Assembly (NCBI RefSeq): GCF_044704955.1
Contig: NC_091989.1
Location: 85,622,001-85,686,000 of the forward strand
Reading direction: 5' to 3'
Source of the DNA: Pristiophorus japonicus
Lineage: Eukaryota
DNA length: 64,000 nucleotides
Positions within the stretch are counted from its first letter, which is position 1. Each line of letters opens with the position of its first letter. Below are positions 24,913 to 36,530 of the stretch, piece after piece. Both the position numbers and the translations under genes were made by a program. The notes under the pieces are model-generated. The model saw only the letters and a program-made list of their open reading frames with translations. It did no database searches and had not been told where the DNA came from.

Positions 24913-25746
24913 TTATATTCAATACACAAACCAAGATTTCAACATTAATATAATTCTATCGAATATAGTATATCATGAGAGACTTTTTACCGAAGGGTTT
25001 CTTAAATCCATAAAATTCTATTATGATGCTTTATATCAGCTTTAGCATAAACGTAGCTAAAAATGATGCACTGTTCTCATCCCCCTGCCATCATGATGCG
25101 CAAAAGGCTGCTGCGCTTGTTTGCACTAGCTGTAAAAAAAATGCAGGTTATCGAATGCATAGTAGGGGCATAATTAGGCCAACTATTCACCGGCTCGTTG
25201 AATTCAATGGGTCGCTGAAACCTGCAGCAAAGTTAAGTGGAATTGGAATTTGACAAATCACATGTTCTTGATTCAGCGCAACTGGTCAATTTCAGAAGCA
25301 GTGTGATGGTGCACTCAGTCTTGACATCATCAAACCAACCGTGAATTAAAGGCAAAGGATCAGCACAAATGGCTAAACTGCAACAAACGGACCTTATGAT
25401 CCAATGGGCCTGTTTCTATGCAATAACTTATTTAATTACTTGACTATATTTCTCTTTAGATTCCTTGTGGAATTTTACCAATAACGATGGGCATGAGGAG
25501 GGGCTAAGATTACTATTGTTACCAAAAATGGACACTAAATATAATGATTTGTTACTCATGACAAAGTTGCAATTTGTGAATATGTTTCGCACAACAATCC
25601 TCCCAACTCTTCAATTTTATATAATATGGAAATGTAGCAGAAGGATTTTGAAGTATTCCCCTGGAATTCCCATGAGGTTCTATTGAACTTCAGCAGTTCA
25701 ATATAACCTCCTATACTGAGGAAAAGGGACCTGAGTTTTATTTTAT

Positions 25747-27753
25747 TTGCCTGCCACGAAAGCTTTGAACAAGGCTACAAATAGCATAAAAGGGAAGGTG
25801 GCTCAACCGTGGCTATCAAGGGAAATCAGGGATAGCATTAAAGCCAAGGAAGTGGCATACAAATTGGCCAGAAATAGCAGCGAACCTGGGGACTGGGAGA
25901 AATTTAGAACTCAGCAGAAGAGGACAAAGGGTTTGATTAGGGCAGGGAAAATGGAGTACGAGAAGAAGCTTGCAGGGAACATTAAGACGGATTGCAAAAG
26001 TTTCTATAGATATGTAAAGAGAAAAAGGTTAGTAAAGACAAACGTAGGTCCCCTGCAGTCAGAATCAGGGGAAGTCATAACGGGGAACAAAGAAATGGCG
26101 GACCAATTGAACAAGTACTTTGGTTCGGTATTCACTGAGGAGGACACAAACAACCTTCCGGATATAAAAGGGGTCGGAGGGTCTAGTAAGGAGGAGGAAC
26201 TGAGGGAAATCCTTATTAGTCGGGAAATTGTGTTGGGGAAATTGATGGGATTGAAGGCCGATAAATCCCCAGGGCCTGATGGACTGTATCCCAGAGTACT
26301 TAAGGAGGTGGCCTTGGAAATAGTGGATGCATTGACAGTCATTTTCCAACATTCCATTGACTCTGGATCAGTTCCTATGGAGTGGAGGGTAGCCAATGTA
26401 ACCCCACTTTTTAAAAAAGGAGGGAGAGAGAAAACAGGGAATTACAGACCGGTCAGCCTGACATCAGTAGTGGGTAAAATGATGGAATCAATTATTAAGG
26501 ATGTCATAGCAGTGCATTTGGAAAGAGGTAATATGATAGGTCCAAGTCAGCATGGATTTGTGAAAGGGAAATCATGCTTGATAAATCTTCTGGAATTTTT
26601 TGAGGATGTTTCCAGTAGAGTGGACAAGGGAGAACCAGTTGATGTGGTATATTTGGACTTTCAGAAGGCTTTCAACAAGGTCCCACACAAGAGATTAATG
26701 TGCAAAGTTAAAGCACATGGGATTGGGGGTAGTGTGCTGACATGGATTGAGAACTGGTTGTCAGACAGGAAGCAAAGAGTAGGAGTAAATGGGGACTTTT
26801 CAGAATGGCAGGCAGTGACTAGTGGGGTACCACAAGGTTCTGTGCTGGGGCCCCAGCTGTTTACATTGTACATTAATGATTTAGACGAGGGGATTAAATG
26901 TAGTATCTCCAAATTTGCGGATGACACTAAGTTGGGTGGCAGTGTGAGCTGCAAGGAGGATTCTATGAGGCTGCAGAGCGACTTGGATAGGTTAGGTGAG
27001 TGGGCAAATGCATGGCAGATGAAGTATAATGTGGATAAATGTGAGGTTATCCACTTTGGTGGTAAAAACAGAGAGACAGACTATTATCTGAATGGTGACA
27101 GATTAGGAAAAGGGGAGGTGCAAAGAGACCTGGGTGTCATGGTACATCAGTCATTGAAGGTTGGCATGCAGGTACAGCAGGCGGTTAAGAAAGCAAATGG
27201 CATGTTGGCCTTCATAGCGAGGGGATTTGAGTACAAGGGCAGGGAGGTGTTGCTACAATTGTACAGGGCCTTGGTGAGGCCACAACTGGAGTATTGTGTA
27301 CAGTTTTGGTCTCCTAACCTGAGGAAGGACATTCTTGCTATTGAGGGAGTGCTGCGAAGGTTCACCAGACTGATTCCCGGGATGGCGGGACTGACCTATC
27401 AAGAAAGACTGGATCAACTGGGCTTGTATTCACTGGAGTTCAGAAGAATGAGAGGGGACCTCATAGAAACGTTTAAAATTCTGATGGGGTTAGACAGGTT
27501 AGATGCAGGAAGAATGTTCCCAATGTTGGGGAAGCCCAGAACCAGGGGACACAGTCTAAGGATAAGGGGGAAGCCATTTAGGACCGAGATGAGGAGGAAT
27601 TTCTTCACCCAGAGAGTGGTGAACCTGTGGAATTCTCTACCACAGAAAGTTGTTGAGGCCAATTCACTAAATATATTCAAAAAGGAGTTAGATGAAGTCC
27701 TTACTACTAGGGGAATCAAGGGGTATGGTGAGAAAGCAGGAATGGGGTACTGA
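25747..27753 (+). CDS. CR1 ORF2 C-terminal part (reverse transcriptase), intact 668-aa frame lacking the endonuclease
   Basis: YRPVSLTS, QHGF, YLDFQKAF, GVPQGSVLGP, KFADD. The first ~14 codons come from flanking DNA. Confidence 0.9.
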   Translation: MPATKALNKATNSIKGKVAQPWLSREIRDSIKAKEVAYKLARNSSEPGDWEKFRTQQKRTKGLIRAGKMEYEKKLAGNIKTDCKSFYRYVKRKRLVKTNVGPLQSESGEVITGNKEMADQLNKYFGSVFTEEDTNNLPDIKGVGGSSKEEELREILISREIVLGKLMGLKADKSPGPDGLYPRVLKEVALEIVDALTVIFQHSIDSGSVPMEWRVANVTPLFKKGGREKTGNYRPVSLTSVVGKMMESIIKDVIAVHLERGNMIGPSQHGFVKGKSCLINLLEFFEDVSSRVDKGEPVDVVYLDFQKAFNKVPHKRLMCKVKAHGIGGSVLTWIENWLSDRKQRVGVNGDFSEWQAVTSGVPQGSVLGPQLFTLYINDLDEGIKCSISKFADDTKLGGSVSCKEDSMRLQSDLDRLGEWANAWQMKYNVDKCEVIHFGGKNRETDYYLNGDRLGKGEVQRDLGVMVHQSLKVGMQVQQAVKKANGMLAFIARGFEYKGREVLLQLYRALVRPQLEYCVQFWSPNLRKDILAIEGVLRRFTRLIPGMAGLTYQERLDQLGLYSLEFRRMRGDLIETFKILMGLDRLDAGRMFPMLGKPRTRGHSLRIRGKPFRTEMRRNFFTQRVVNLWNSLPQKVVEANSLNIFKKELDEVLTTRGIKGYGEKAGMGY

Positions 27754-27850
27754 AGTTGCATGTTCAGCCATGAACTCATTGAATGGCGGTGCAGGCTAGA
27801 AGGGCCGAATGGCCTACTCCTGCACCTATTTTCTATGTTTCTATGTTTCT
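25788..27850 (+). mobile_element. Young 5'-truncated CR1 LINE
   Basis: Uninterrupted RT frame, (TTCTATGT)n tail, and a possible TAGCAT target-site duplication (25782-25787 and 27850-27855). Confidence 0.95.
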
Positions 27851-28229
27851 AGCATCAGTAGGCTTAGCGGCAATGAGTCACGCTCCATTTTGAAAGGGGG
27901 CTCTTATTGGGTGTCCAAAGCACTTGCCTGTTTAAGGATGTCGGCCAGTTAAATAAGGAATTCGGGATACAATGACATAAACAGGACCCAGAATTACACT
28001 TTAGGTCAGAACAGGACATAGCCTGTGAACAGTTCCATTAGTAATGGAATAATGGCTCAAAGAGGCACACAGGTAATTGTGAAATTACGTGTGTATCCTG
28101 GCTGCGAAGGAGTAGCAATTTGCCATGCTGGTAATTTTGCTGGCCCAATTTTGGGAGGTCCGTTTGACGCCCCATAACTATCTTCTTTGTTAATGAAGCC
28201 AGTGTCTCAAAATGGCGGCCGGCTCTTCG

Positions 28230-29511
28230 TTTATCGAAGTTATGGCAGACGTTCGCGAGGACTCATGTGAAAATTCATCCCATTTGTCCCTAAATCCTGA
28301 AAGGTTATTGGTTTCTCACCCGTGAGAAGTGCGAAGCATTCCCTTCCTTATTTCTTCTTTCATCCACTTTCTTGCAACCAGCTACGTTATTCGTAGGGAA
28401 AGGCGGAGGCTCCTCAATTCCTGATCGTATCCACTGTAAAATTAAACAAATGGGTCAAGTAAGAGGCTCATTATAATTCTAATATAAGTGGAACATTATG
28501 TTCCCAGTCAGCAGACCTCTATAGAAAAAAAACAGTGTGTCTTGATGAGAGAACGGCAATAGTTCAAACTTGTACAGTGCTTGAAGCTACAGGATAAATT
28601 GTTTCATCCGTATGGACGACGAAGACCAGCGAACACTCCGCCAGTCCGTCAGCCAAATCGTAAATTCGACACCGAACTGCATAAACTGGGGTAATTTTGA
28701 AATTGTCCAATAGTGTAAATGGCATGACATATGCTCAAACACTAGATATATAAATCTCCTAGTTTCCCTTCCCACTTAAGTAAATGTAAATGTAAATGGA
28801 AGTATTTAACAAACAGGAAGGCTAGTGGATATTGCATGTTTTACAATTTGGTTTGAAGGCAAAATTAATGCCACTGTCTATTTTTGCCGTTTGTAGCGTT
28901 TCCCCCGATTTGGGTTGGTTGGTCATTTGAGAAAGTGGTCAGACAAATTCTAGGCGTGCATGGCATATTTATGTGCGATATAATGAAGGAGATGCTCAGC
29001 TATCAGAAATGCTTGAATGTGATACTGATACAAGTGATTGGCTTAATATCTAGTACCTTTCAATAGAAAATGGAATACGTTTTGCACTATTGCTAGGACG
29101 GATACATGTGTTCTCAGTTAAACATAAATACGGATGAAACAATTTATCCTGTAGCTTCAAGCACTGTACAAGTTTGACCTATTGCCGTTCTCTCATCAAG
29201 ACACACTGTTTTTTTTCTATAGAGGTCTGCTGACTGGGAACATAATGTTCCACTTATATTAGAATTATAATGAGCCTCTTACTTGACCCATTTGTTTAAT
29301 TTTACAGTGGATACGATCAGGAATTGAGGAGCCTCCGCCTTTCCCTACGAATAACGTAGCTGGTTGCAAGAAAGTGGATGAAAGAAGAAATAAGGAAGGG
29401 AATGCTTCGCACTTCTCACGGGTGAGAAACCAATTACCTTTCAGGATTTAGGGACAAATGGGATGAATTTTCACATGAGTCCTCGCGAACGTCTGCCATA
29501 ACTTCGATAAA
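28230..29511. repeat. 384-bp inverted repeat (28230-28613 and 29128-29511) with a 514-bp spacer
   Basis: The arms are reverse complements; only two mismatches were seen by eye. Confidence 0.95.
29308..29421 (+). CDS. Candidate cytoplasmic exon WIRSGIEEPPPFPTNNVAGCKKVDERRNKEGNASHFSR (alternative phase-1 acceptor at 29321)
   Basis: TTTAATTTTACAG| acceptor, open 38-codon frame, CGG|GTGAGA phase-0 donor in frame with the next exon. Confidence 0.55.
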
Positions 29512-29735
29512 AGAGTCGCCAAAATCCCTTGGAAAAAGAAACAGAGTAAATGCCCTTTCTTCGATTTCAGCAAAGCCTCCAAGAAGGAAGAGTGGCAGCA
29601 ACCCCACTACAATTCCCCTCAAACTCTTCACATTTCAGCACTTCTTCGCTCTAGCTGCTCCATATAATGTGTGTGTAAAAGTCAATAAAACACAAAATCG
29701 ATGACCAAACGACTCTCAAACATTTGGTTTTACAG

Positions 29736-29846
29736 GAGGAAAAAGGGACAACTGATTACAAGCTGACATATGCGGATCTGGAATTGACCGCCTCGAAGAA
29801 AACTGCAAAGGCTTCAAAAAAGGAACAGAACGAAGTGTACTCACAG
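29736..29846 (+). CDS. Cytoplasmic exon with ITIM LTYADL
   Basis: TTTTACAG|EEKGTTDYKLTYADLELTASKKTAKASKKEQNEVYSQ|GTAAAG, phase 0/0. Confidence 0.85.
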
Positions 29847-29992
29847 GTAAAGCTGAAAATCTACGTTGAAATCAGTGATTTTGGTTTATATTAAAATAGA
29901 CTAAACACGTATTTTATAAATTATGAGGACGGGTTATTTCAATGGTCAGATTACAAAAAAGACGAACTCTATGTTTAATGTTCTTGTCACAG

Positions 29993-30094
29993 GTCAAACA
30001 GCAAGCTGCTGGTAACAGGCTGGCATACGTGTCTTTGCAGACGACTCTCAACAACACGACAGGACCTAATGTGAAAGGAAAGTTCGCAGTTTAG
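29993..30094 (+). CDS. Terminal exon with ITIM LAYVSL
   Basis: TTGTCACAG|VKQQAAGNRLAYVSLQTTLNNTTGPNVKGKFAV*. Completes EVYSQV across the junction. Confidence 0.8.
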   Translation, partial: VKQQAAGNRLAYVSLQTTLNNTTGPNVKGKFAV

Positions 30095-31124
30095 AGTGAG
30101 GTGTAGAATAACGGATAAATGTGACGAACTGACAAAATCAAGACTCTGAGCAGTTTACCCGCCGATTCCTCCTGTAACGTGGCCTAGAATTTGTCCGAGT
30201 TCCATCGCATGGGCATATATTTATCCTGGGCGGTAGATAAAAAAAGGGCGTAGTGAATCTGAAGCTCCTTTTCAATTCTGGCTGATTTTCCTTTCCTTTT
30301 GCAACAATGGAAAATTAAATTTGACGGTGTGTTAACCACCAGCCGACTAACTAATGGTCTTTAGCCCTAACGCACAGGATGATATTTTAAGCCATGGAAT
30401 ATTCTTGAGATTCCACGGTATCGATTTAGCACTTGTTATAGACCCAACCAAATATAAATTCCCTTGACTTCCGTTGCTATTGGCAATCAATTAGTTATTT
30501 CTGAAAAGTTTCTATCTTCAACCAATATTTTGCAACTGCGCTTCCTTGCTGGAGATGATCCTATCTTGCCCACAAGCAGTCACTGTGGGTAATTGAAACA
30601 TTTGTCAAGGGCCAACAAATGAGTATATCGAATTGGCAACGAGTTTTACATCTCCCTCAATGTTAAAACTAAGCCGACGGGGCGAAATTGGAGGACTTCC
30701 CAAATGTTATCATGTGGTAAATTTCGCACTCTCTCATTCTGCCTGAAGATTCCAATAAGTTGGTACGGTCTACCGCTCCATTCTCAGGGATTTCCTCGGC
30801 AGTTCTTCCCATATCAAGGCGTAATGGCGGAGGAAGAAATATGACAATCCAGTGTAGCTTCTATCCGCCATCTTATACAACATATTTTTCTATATAGGTC
30901 ATGTCCTATTGTTCCTGTTGTTCTGCTGTCCAACGCCAAGCATTTTGCAACTGTTTTCTACACGTGGAACAGGAAATTAATTTATTGCTTTAAAAATATA
31001 TGTTTACCATATCCATGAATAATTACACCGAATGATGTTTGCTATATATTTTAATGCAGCGCAGAGTCAGAGGTAAAGATAATGAACAGTATACCCCAGA
31101 ACATATCAAATCTATTTAAACATA

Positions 31125-32268
31125 CATTCTCAAGATAAAATTTATGGGGTTGGGGGTAACATATTAACATGAATAGTGTATGGGTTAACTAACAGATAAC
31201 AGAGTTGGGATAAATGGTTCATACTCTGGTTGGCAACCAGAAATTAATAGAGTGCCACAGGAATCAGTGCTGGGTCCCAAAGATTTGCAATCTATATTAA
31301 TGACTTGGAAGAAGGAACTGAGTGTAATGTAGCCAAATTTGCTGATGATACAAAGATGGGAGGAAAAGTAATGTGTGAAGAGGAAACAACAAATCTGCAA
31401 AAGGACATAGGCAGGCTAAATGAGTGGGTAAACATTTGGCAGATGGAGTATAATGTTGGAAAGTGTGAGGTCTTGCATATTGACAGAAAAAAATCAAATA
31501 GAAAGTTATGATTTAAATGGAGAAAGATTGCAAAGTGCCGCAGTACAGTGGGACCTGGGGGTATTGTGCATGAAACACAAAAGGAGAGTATGCAGGTAGA
31601 GCAAGTGATCAGGAAGGCCAATGGTATCTTGGCCTTTATTGCAAAGGGGATTGAGTATGAAAGCGGGGAAGTCTTGCCACAGATTTATAAGGCATTGGTG
31701 AGGCCACACCTGGAATACTGCCTGCAGTTTTGGTTTCCATATTAAGGAAATTATATACTTGCTCAGAGAAGGTTCACTCGGTTAATTCCAGTGATGGAGG
31801 GGGGGGGGGACGTATAAGGAAAGGGTGAGTAGGTTAGACCTCTACTCATTGGAATTCAGAAGAGGAGAGGTGATCTATCGAAATGAATAAGATTATGAGG
31901 GGGCTTGACAAGGTGGATGTAGAGAGGATGTTTCCACTGATGGGGTAGACAAGAACTAGAGGGCATGGCTTTGGAATAAGGGGCCGCCCATTTAAAGCAG
32001 AGGTGAGAAGAAATGTCTTCTCTCTGAGGGTTGCAAAGCTGTGGAATTCGCTGCCTCAGAGAGCTGTGGAAGCTGAGACATTGAATAAATTGAAGACTGA
32101 AATAGACAGTTTCTTAAACGATAAGGGCATGAGGGGTTATGGGGTGCGGGCGTTGAAGTGGAGCTGATCCCATGATCAGATCAGCCATGATCTTATTGAA
32201 TGGCAGAGCAGGTTCGAGGGGCCGTATGGTCTACTCCTGTTCCTATTTTTTATGTTCTTATGTTCTTA
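31125..32268 (+). mobile_element. 5'-truncated CR1 (different subfamily, (TTATGTTC)n tail)
   Basis: KFADDTK and LVRPHLEYC motifs plus 3' tail. Confidence 0.9.
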
Positions 32269-32430
32269 TTAAACAGAATGAACAAAAATTGAACGAATAT
32301 TTGATGACAACGTGGGCGAACTTTAGAGTCTGAAATGTGTTCAATTTTCTAATTATATTTGGAAAATATATCTTTGCAATATCCTAGTTTTACGTATGAT
32401 ATGCAGATAGTTTGACCGATTAATATCAAA

Positions 32431-33361
32431 GAAACATAGAAACATAAAAAATAGGTGCAGGATTAGGCCATTCGGCCCTTCGAGCCTGCACCGCCATTCA
32501 ATGAGTTCATGGGTGAACATGCAACTTCAGTATCACATTCCTGCTTTCTCGCCATACCCCTTGATCCCCCCAAGTAGTAAGGACTACATCGAACTCCTTT
32601 TTGAATATATTTAGTGAATTGGCCTCAACAATTTTCTGTGGTAGAGAATTCCACAGGTTCACCACTCTCTGGGTGAAGAAGTTTCTCCTCATCTCGGTCC
32701 TAAATGGCTTAACCCTTATCCTTAGACTGTCACCCCTTGTTCTGGGCTTCCCCAACGTTGGGAACATTCTTCCTGCATCTAACCTGTCTAAACCCATCAG
32801 AATTTTAAACGTTTCTATGAGATCCCCGCTCATTCTTCTGAAATCCAGTGAATATAAGCCCAGTTGATCCAATCTTTCTTGATATGTCAGTCCCGCCATC
32901 CCGGGAATCAGTCTGGTGAACCATCGCTGCACCATCGCTGCACTCCCTCAATAGCAAGAATGTCTTTCCTCAAGTTGGGAGACCAAAACTGTACACGATA
33001 TTCCAGGTGTGGCCTCACCAGGGCGCTGTACAACTGTAGTAACACCTCCCTGCTCCTATACTCAAATCCCCTCGCTATGAAGGCCAACATGCCAGTTGCT
33101 TTCTTAACCGCCTGCTGTACCTGCATGCCAACCTTCAATGACTGATGTACCATGACAACCAGGTCTCATTGCACCTCCCCTTTTCCTAATCTGTCACCAT
33201 TCAGATAATAGCCTGTCTCTCTGTTTTTACCACCAAAGTGGGTAACCTCACATTTATCCACATTATACTTCATCTGCCATGCATTTTCCCACTCACCCAA
33301 CCTATCCAATTCACTCTGCAGCCTCATAGCATCGTCCTCGCAGCTCACACTGCCACCCAAC
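32431..33361 (-). mobile_element. 5'-truncated CR1, same family as 25788-27850
   Basis: ORFs 33166-33360, 32908-33153 and 32507-32935 nearly match the 668-aa ORF; GAAACATAGAAACATA tail. Confidence 0.95.
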
Positions 33362-33798
33362 TGATCATTTTAACATAAACTATAGTTTGCATGGAAGTGA
33401 GCACAGGTATTTTTCAAGAAACGAATGAATATGTCTGTTCACCTCCGGGAAGAAAATCCAAGCTTTCAATTTATCCCCTTCCTCCAATTAATTTTTAACA
33501 TTTTGTTATAAAATTTCTTTCACTTTTCACATTAGCAGCAACAAATAAATAATGTTTCAGAAATCCATGCAGAGCTTCCATTTCTTATTCTTGACTATAT
33601 GCCAATCTTCCAACATGAGCCGTATTATGTATGCCTTATTATGATCAGTATTTATTCCTTCAGCATAACACAGTTACATCGATCCTAATTCTGTTCTTAG
33701 TTTTTCCAGAATGATCCGTTTGTAATTCATAATTTTCTGTAAATGCAGCATTTTCCTAAGTATTGCTGTGTGCCGTGTTAACATTTACAACTTAATGT

Positions 33799-34497
33799 GC
33801 CAGAATTTGCGTTAGGAGATGTACCTCCAGAGCCGCCAACCCGCTAAACATAGATGAAGTTACCTTTAGGCTCCCGGGCTGTAAATAATTTTGATCCTAT
33901 GCCTCCTGTCCTATAGCTGCATCAAAGTTCACAAATACCTGGGACGCAGAAAGTGCAGAAGCACCCCTGGGATTGCATGCACCAGGTCCGCCAATCAGAA
34001 TGGAGGAATCCTAATATGCTTATGGAGATTATTTGTAAGAACGGATTCTCAATAACCATATGAGGAATCCACAAATAAATAAGTAATTTATATAACTGGA
34101 ATAAAATTAATGTTTCAATTTTCAAAGTTAATTTAAAGTCCCTTCAATAAAGCGCATAAAATAAAAGATATGCTTTATTGATAAATAATATTAACATTTT
34201 AATACGAGCCAACATTTTTTTTTAATGTTATTTCATGATTTTTTATGTTTACAAATTTAACTTGAGATTTATATGAAACCAATCGCTTGTGAGAGCAGGC
34301 CCTGTGCCTGTTTTTACGAGCCATAAGGGATTTGTAATTATTTGCTGGGCAGTATTTCGGCAAAGAAGTTGACAGCTTGCAAGGTCAGGCTTTTTTGCAT
34401 GTGCTGCACATGTGGAAACTGGAACTTGTGGGGACTTTGTAAAGGCTTATGGCGGTGTAAACTGAAAGTATGCTGTAATCGTCACGGCAAATTCCAG
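33799..34497. mobile_element. MITE-like non-autonomous element
   Basis: Imperfect terminal inverted repeats CCAGAATTTGC ... GCAAATTCCAG around an AT-rich core. Confidence 0.45.
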
Positions 34498-34514
34498 ATC
34501 AATGCTACAATAAA

Positions 34515-34910
34515 CATTTATGCTATTGACAGTCAGCTCTACCTCATTCCCACTTCTGTCGATCTTTCCGTGACTCAACCCACTTGTGGCTGAAAGTATC
34601 ATTCATCCGACTGTTACATCGAGGCACTACTATGCCAATGCGCTCATTGCTAGCCTCCTAACCTCTAGCCTCAATAAACTGGAGCCTCAAGCAGAACTCT
34701 GCTTCCATTTCCGAACTAGTAGCGTTCACCCATCATGTCTAGGCTCGCTGTAGGGCAATGATCAAATAAAAAATGATTAATCTTTTGTTCAAATCCCTCC
34801 AAGTCCTCACATCTCCTAAGTTTGTATACCTTGTTTGGTCACCTGTCCAAACATATTCTTACATGGCTCGGTGTCCAAATTTGATTCATAACTTTCCCGT
34901 AAAGCGCTAA
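34515..34910 (+). mobile_element. L2 LINE 3' fragment
   Basis: TATGCTATTGACAGTCAGCTCTAC (YA.D.QLY-like) and a GTAAAGCGCT-type end. Confidence 0.5.
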
Positions 34911-35078
34911 TTATCATCTTAAAGTAACTGTTGAATCTAGTTCCAGCAGACTATCTGGCAGTGCTTTGCAGAACACAACCTGTTGCGGAAAAGACATGTT
35001 CTCAGACCTCTTTTATCTATTATCTTAATACTGTTTCCTCCCTTTACTGGCCCTTTTGGAACATATTAATTATTTACC

Positions 35079-35257
35079 TGAAATAAAAACAGAAAATGCT
35101 GAATATCTAAGCGGTCAGGCAGCATCTGAGAAGAGAGAAACAGAGTTATCGTTTCAGCTCGATCAACCTTTGTCAGAACAAAGTTAACTCTGTTTCTCTC
35201 TCCACAGATGCTTCCAGCCCTGCTGAGATTTGCAGCATTTCATTTTTGTTATTTCAG
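35079..35257. mobile_element. Palindromic element resembling a Penelope-type pseudo-LTR, with a degenerate hammerhead core
   Basis: Arms ~35079-35148 and ~35183-35257 are imperfect reverse complements (GCATCTG.GAAGAGAGAAACAGAGTTA and TAACTCTGTTTCTCTCTCCACAGATGC). The centre on the minus strand reads CTGACAA..stem..GAAAC. Confidence 0.65.
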
Positions 35258-35432
35258 ATTCATGTTTCTGCAATATTTTGATGTTGACGTGTTTATCTGG
35301 CTCGCTTCATTTCTTCTACATTTCCCCTATCACTACTTGGAGATTTATTAATCGTAGTTTTATTAATATTTTTACAAGCAATATCATGTTCTCTGAAGTG
35401 GTGTATCAAAACAAGATGCAGTATCGAATTTG

Positions 35433-36530
35433 AGAACATAGGAAGCTATGTAAGGCATTCAAATGCCCATATTGATCACAATTCAATTGGATTATGCTGA
35501 TCTATACATAAACTACACTTTATCCACATTTTCTCGATGACTTATGCTATATAAAATTCTATCTCAGTCTTCAAAATTTCAATTCACGCAGCACCCACAA
35601 CATGTTTAGGGAGAGAATTCCAGATGAACTTTATATTTACTAACATTTGCGCAAAAATGTGATTTCTAATTTCACACTTAACTATCCTAAATCTAATTTT
35701 AAGAATCTGCCCAGTTGTTTTGGACTCCGCCAACAGGGGGTAATTTATTTCTATCTTTCTATTTACACCTCGTTCAGGTCACCCCACAATTTTTGAACTC
35801 AAAGGAACACAGACAAGTGTATGCAACCTGCCCTGATAACCTAACACATGACGCCTCCTATCTTTCCAATAAATGTTCTCTTTCCTTACCAAGCACAATA
35901 CATCTTCACTGAAGTGCAGTCCCCAAAACTGAACGCAGGACTCCAGATGGATTCTGATAAATGTTCTGCATGACAGAAGTGTCATTTCCATCATGCAGGC
36001 ACTTTGAGACAAAGGCCAACATTTCATTAGCTGTTTTCATTAATTTTTGTAGCTGTTCACTAACTTTTTTGTATGTGGACGCATAAATTCCTCTGGTTCT
36101 TACCAGCATTCTCGTCTTCCACCATTGAGCAACTGTTCCACTTGTTAATTCTTGGGACCAGAGTGAACTTCCCCCAGATTGCACTCCAGCTACTAAAGTT
36201 TTACTGAATCACTTCGTCTGAGTATGTCCCATTGTAATTTGTTGTTCGCATCTATGCAACTTACTATGCATCCTTATCTAGGGCCAGTTGCAAGTTTAAA
36301 TACACAACTACCTATTCCTTCATGCAAGCTAATATGGTCAGAAGCCAAGGTCCCAGTAAGATATCAGAGGGACACCATGTGCTACATGCAGCCACTCAGC
36401 GAATTTTTCCTTTATCACAGTTTTGTGTTTCCGACCATTCAATAAATTACCAGCTAATATCACAGGCACCTCTACAATTTCGTGCATTTTGAGTTTGCTA
36501 ATATACTCCTCAGCAGAACCTTTTCAAATG
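35433..36530 (-). mobile_element. Old CR1 fragment
   Basis: HLESCVQFW and ANEMLAF remnants (ORFs 35779-36027 and 35906-36184). Confidence 0.7.

Larger units (their letters stand above)
11405..30094 (+). pseudogene. IgSF receptor gene with L-VJ-C1-TM-ITIM tail (SIRP-like/NKp30-like); probable pseudogene or null allele
   Basis: Ordered exons with GT-AG sites and matching phases (1/1/1/1, then 0/0). In-frame TAA at 12115-12117; TAG at the expected fourth Tyr; several non-consensus residues. Confidence 0.8.
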
